NCBI GenBank assembly: GCA_031366795.1
Contig: JANLOX010000076.1
Span: 1 to 10,722 of the forward strand
Length of the DNA: 10,722 nt
From: Candidatus Eiseniibacteriota bacterium
GTDB lineage: Bacteria > Eisenbacteria > RBG-16-71-46
Direction: 5' to 3'
Numbering within the stretch: the first letter of the stretch is position 1; each line of letters opens with the position of its first letter. The notes under the pieces are model-generated. The model worked only from the letters and a program-made list of their open reading frames with translations. It did no database searches and had not been told where the DNA came from. Positions 7,580 through 10,722 of this stretch are shown here, in pieces. Position numbers and translations under genes: made by a program.

Positions 7580-7653
7580 CTAACACCAATCGAATAGCCT
7601 CCAAGTCAGAGGCCTGCTCACCCAAAGTGCTTCGCCAAGGGAGAAGTCCGGGC

Positions 7654-8487
7654 ATGATCGGTCGCTGGACTCGCAGCTCAATCGCCGTCGCCTTGCTCGC
7701 GTGCATCGCCGTCACCCAGCCCACTCCGTGCGCGAGCGCGCCGCGTCACGCCCCGGCGTCGACGCTCAGCGTCTTCGCAGCGGCATCCCTGGCAGATGCC
7801 TTCGGTGAACTGGCGCACCAGTTCGAGGCAGCGCATCCCGGTACCCGCGTGCAGCTCAATCTCGCCGGTTCGCAGCAGCTCGCCGTGCAGATGGAACAGG
7901 GCGCGCAAGCGGATGTATTCGCCTCGGCCGACACGCGCTGGATGGACTACGCGCGCGAGCACGGGCTCGTGGCCGATTGTGGCAGCGGCTTCGCGCGCAA
8001 CCGGTTGGTGGTGATCGTCCCCCGTTCGAACCCCGCGCGCATCGGCAGGCTCCAGGACCTCACCAAGCGCGGCATGAAGCTGGTCATCGGCGCCGAGGCG
8101 GTGCCGGTGGGCAAGTACACTCGCGAGATGTTCGCGAACCTCGGCCGCACCGATGGCTACGCCCCGGACTTCGCCAAGCGCGTGTTGGCAAATGTCGTCT
8201 CGGAAGAAGAGAACGTGAAGGCCGTCGCGAGCAAGGTGCAGCTCGGCGAGGCCGACGCCGGCGTCGTCTACCGCTCGGACATCAATGCGTCACTCGCCCG
8301 GTTCGTGCGTATCCTCGAGGTCCCGGATGCCGCGAACGTGCTGGCGACCTACCCGATCGCGGTCGTGAAGGGCGCGCACAGCAGCGGGGACCCGCAGGCC
8401 TTCATCGAGCTCGTCTTGTCGCCCGCGGGCCAAAGCGTGCTACAGCGACGCGGGCTGATCCCAGTGGCCGCGACGGCAACCCACTGA
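7654..8487 (+). CDS. modA: Molybdate ABC transporter substrate-binding protein
   Basis: Signal peptide (possible LLAC lipobox); VFAAASL.DAF, AGSQQL..Q..QGA.ADVFASAD, FARN.LV, VPVG.Y, ENVK.V..KV.LGEADAG.VY.SD, YPIA. AGGGAG Shine-Dalgarno before ATG 7654. Confidence 0.94.
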   Translation: MIGRWTRSSIAVALLACIAVTQPTPCASAPRHAPASTLSVFAAASLADAFGELAHQFEAAHPGTRVQLNLAGSQQLAVQMEQGAQADVFASADTRWMDYAREHGLVADCGSGFARNRLVVIVPRSNPARIGRLQDLTKRGMKLVIGAEAVPVGKYTREMFANLGRTDGYAPDFAKRVLANVVSEEENVKAVASKVQLGEADAGVVYRSDINASLARFVRILEVPDAANVLATYPIAVVKGAHSSGDPQAFIELVLSPAGQSVLQRRGLIPVAATATH

Positions 8488-8517
8488 TGGCGCAGCGGCC
8501 GCGCATACGCGTGGGTC

Positions 8518-8802
8518 TCAGGAGATGCGACGCACGCGCTGCGGGGTGACGCCTTCAATCCGCGCAATCAGCCCCTCGGCCTCGAGCTCCAGCTGCACGA
8601 CCTTCGTGTACCACGCGACCGAACCCGGCTTCGGGAACAGGGGCTTCGCTACCTTGCGAGTGACGGCGGCCACCAACTCCTTGAAGGTCACTCCCTCCTG
8701 GTCGCGGGGCACCGACGCCAGGATCGCCTTGCGCACGGGCTCGTACTTTTCCGCCGTAACGGCGAAGCCGCTGCTGCCTTGCTTCACGCTCTTGGTTCTC
8801 AT
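8518..8802 (-). CDS. Small basic conserved protein, DUF6958-like (possible winged-helix fold)
   Basis: 94 aa, KYE.VR.AIL, TF.EL...V, GSV.WY...V.LELEA.G.I.R......QR.R. GGAGG Shine-Dalgarno before ATG 8802. Family name recalled from memory. Confidence 0.7.
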   Translation of the reverse strand: MRTKSVKQGSSGFAVTAEKYEPVRKAILASVPRDQEGVTFKELVAAVTRKVAKPLFPKPGSVAWYTKVVQLELEAEGLIARIEGVTPQRVRRIS

Positions 8803-8930
8803 ATCGCTGTGCCTCCAACTGATGCTTCTGGCGGTCCATCTCGTAGTCTGACCGTGCCGACTTCCCGACCGAATCCGTGACGCCAACGCTCTCGCGAAAT
8901 CTCTTGAGCCGCAATACGCATTTCGCGGCC

Positions 8931-8959
8931 TTGCCCGTGGCTGAGCCCGCCCCTATGCT
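8931..8959 (+). promoter_or_regulatory. Putative sigma70 promoter for the SNF2 helicase gene
   Basis: TTGCCC (8931-8936) - 17 nt - TATGCT (8954-8959). Confidence 0.5.
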
Positions 8960-9072
8960 CGACTCGTCAGCGGACAAAACTCTTATCCAACTCGGAGAAT
9001 TCCCCTGTGGCCGAGGTTGAATCCGACAGCGTGTTGCCCGGTGGCTCGCCGAAGCGCGCCGGGGAGCGTCTG

Positions 9073-10722
9073 ATGCCCAATGCAGCAGGGCTGACGGACT
9101 ACCACGCCATGTACTTCGCCCACGAGCTGACCAAGCGATGCCCCTCGGACAGCCTTGAGAAGTTAGCTGGAACAGTGGCTGGCGCGCAGGTCGACCTCAA
9201 CCCACACCAGGTCGAGGCCGCGCTTTTCGCCTTTCGCTCCCCGCTCTCCAAGGGCGCTCTGCTTGCGGACGAAGTGGGGCTCGGCAAAACAATTGAGGCG
9301 GGCCTCGTCATCGCGCAGCGGTGGGCCGAGCGCAAGCGGTGCATCCTCGTCATCACCCCTGCAAATCTTCGCAAGCAGTGGCACCAGGAATTGAGCGAGA
9401 AGTTCTTCCTGCCTTGCCAGATCCTCGAGTCGAAGTCCTACAACCAAGCCATCAAGGACAGCAACTTCCAACCGTTCCAGCCCGTCGATCGCGTGGTGAT
9501 CTGCTCATACCAGTTCGCGCGCGGGAAGGCATCCGATGTCCACAACACACCGTGGGACCTTGTGGTCATCGACGAAGCGCACCGGCTGCGCAACGTGTAC
9601 CAGCCTTCAAATATCATCGCCAAGACGCTCAAGAACGCACTGGGGCATGCCCCCAAGTTGCTCCTCACGGCAACGCCCTTGCAGAATTCGTTGCTCGAGT
9701 TGTTCGGGTTGGTGAGCTTCATCGACGAGCACGCGTTCGGCGATGCCAAGAGCTTCCGCGAGCAATTCACGCTGGTCACACAGGAACAGGTCTTCGAGGA
9801 TCTCAAGAAGCGTCTGGCGCCGATCTGCCACCGCACGCTTCGCCGTCAAGTAGTTGCGTACATCCCGTTCACTAAGCGCATGGCGATCCTCGAGGAATTC
9901 ACGCCCGAAGCTGGCGAAGACCGCCTCTATAATTTGGTGACGGAGTACCTACAGCGACCCAATCTCCAGGCGCTCCCCGCCAGCCAGCGCACGCTCATGA
10001 CTTTGGTGCTTCGCAAGCTGCTGGCTTCGTCAACCTTTGCGATCGCGGGGGCACTTGAGACCATGTCGTCGCGGCTGCGCGGCATGCTACATACCCCGGA
10101 ACCCACCGCGGACCTTTCGGACGACCTCGACGGTGACTACGAAGCGCTTGGCGAGACGGCTGACGAGTGGTCCAGCGAGGATAGCGACAGGCCGTCCGTC
10201 TCCGATGTGACACGAGAAGCAATCGAGGCGGAGATCGCCGATCTTGAGTCCTTCGCCAGGCTCGCAACCTCGATCGATCACAATGCCAAGGGGCGAGCGC
10301 TGCTCAAGGCACTGGGCGTCGCCTTCGCCAAGGCCACTGAGATAGGTGCCGCCCAGAAGGCGATCATCTTCACGGAATCCCGCCGCACGCAGGACTACCT
10401 GCTCCGCTTGCTGTCGGATAGCGCCTTCCGCGAAGGCATCGTCCTGTTCAATGGATCAAACACGGACGAACGATCCAAAGCGATTTACGCCGCGTGGGCC
10501 GCACGGCACGCCGGCAGCGATCGCGTCACCGGCTCACGGACGGCGGACATGCGCTCCGCCCTGGTGGACTATTTCCGTGAGGAAGGTCGCATCATGATCG
10601 CGACCGAAGCGGGCGCCGAGGGCATCAATCTTCAATTCTGTGCCCTGGTGGTGAACTACGACCTCCCTTGGAATCCGCAGCGGATCGAGCAACGCATCGG
10701 CCGCTGCCATCGTTATGGGCAG
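9073..10722 (+). CDS. SNF2-family (SF2) helicase/ATPase, 3' truncated by window edge
   Basis: Absent from the ORF track because it has no stop in the window. GGGGAG Shine-Dalgarno at 9061-9066, ATG 9073, 550 codons open: LNPHQ, LADEVGLGKT (DEVGLGKT 9268-9291), DEAH (9571-9582), LLTATPLQN, IIFTES, ATEAGAEGINLQF, NYDLPWNPQRIEQRIGRCHRYGQ. Confidence 0.95.
   Translation, partial: MPNAAGLTDYHAMYFAHELTKRCPSDSLEKLAGTVAGAQVDLNPHQVEAALFAFRSPLSKGALLADEVGLGKTIEAGLVIAQRWAERKRCILVITPANLRKQWHQELSEKFFLPCQILESKSYNQAIKDSNFQPFQPVDRVVICSYQFARGKASDVHNTPWDLVVIDEAHRLRNVYQPSNIIAKTLKNALGHAPKLLLTATPLQNSLLELFGLVSFIDEHAFGDAKSFREQFTLVTQEQVFEDLKKRLAPICHRTLRRQVVAYIPFTKRMAILEEFTPEAGEDRLYNLVTEYLQRPNLQALPASQRTLMTLVLRKLLASSTFAIAGALETMSSRLRGMLHTPEPTADLSDDLDGDYEALGETADEWSSEDSDRPSVSDVTREAIEAEIADLESFARLATSIDHNAKGRALLKALGVAFAKATEIGAAQKAIIFTESRRTQDYLLRLLSDSAFREGIVLFNGSNTDERSKAIYAAWAARHAGSDRVTGSRTADMRSALVDYFREEGRIMIATEAGAEGINLQFCALVVNYDLPWNPQRIEQRIGRCHRYGQ

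Noticed and set aside
7485..7653. Moco/Tuco riboswitch or ModE box upstream of modA
   Set aside because: I could not find the conserved riboswitch elements or the ModE consensus on either strand; an Rfam covariance search would be decisive.
9007..9030. tRNA-like fragments GTGGCCGAG and GGTTGAATCC as a possible island attachment site
   Set aside because: The T-loop is one base short, there is no T-stem, cloverleaf or CCA end, and no integrase is in the window.
1..10722. CRISPR array, IS element, rRNA or tRNA
   Set aside because: No regularly spaced repeats, transposase/integrase motifs or RNA gene structures were seen; nearly all sequence is explained by protein-coding genes.

Overview
GC-rich bacterial chromosomal window, probably from a diderm because it encodes an outer-membrane porin. 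In order it contains: the 3' half of a divergent-subfamily membrane pyrophosphatase gene (hppA) with a strong intrinsic terminator; a minus-strand operon of pterin-4a-carbinolamine dehydratase, ABC ATPase and ABC-2 permease; a DinB-family protein; a DUF4160/DUF2442 putative toxin-antitoxin pair; a GT-C (ArnT/PMT-like) membrane glycosyltransferase; an OprO/P-type porin divergent from an orphan modA; a small DUF6958-like protein; and the first 550 codons of a SNF2-family helicase that the ORF track missed because it runs off the window. The most notable leads are (i) the porin/modA divergon sharing a perfect 9-bp inverted repeat, a possible molybdate/oxyanion uptake unit that may be decaying, (ii) an OmpR/PhoB-type tandem box plus -10 element before the glycosyltransferase, (iii) a PCD with a substituted motif residue coupled to an exporter, and (iv) the possible start of a defence locus. 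All family calls come from motif recognition by eye; no searches were run, and I cannot establish that any system here is undescribed.
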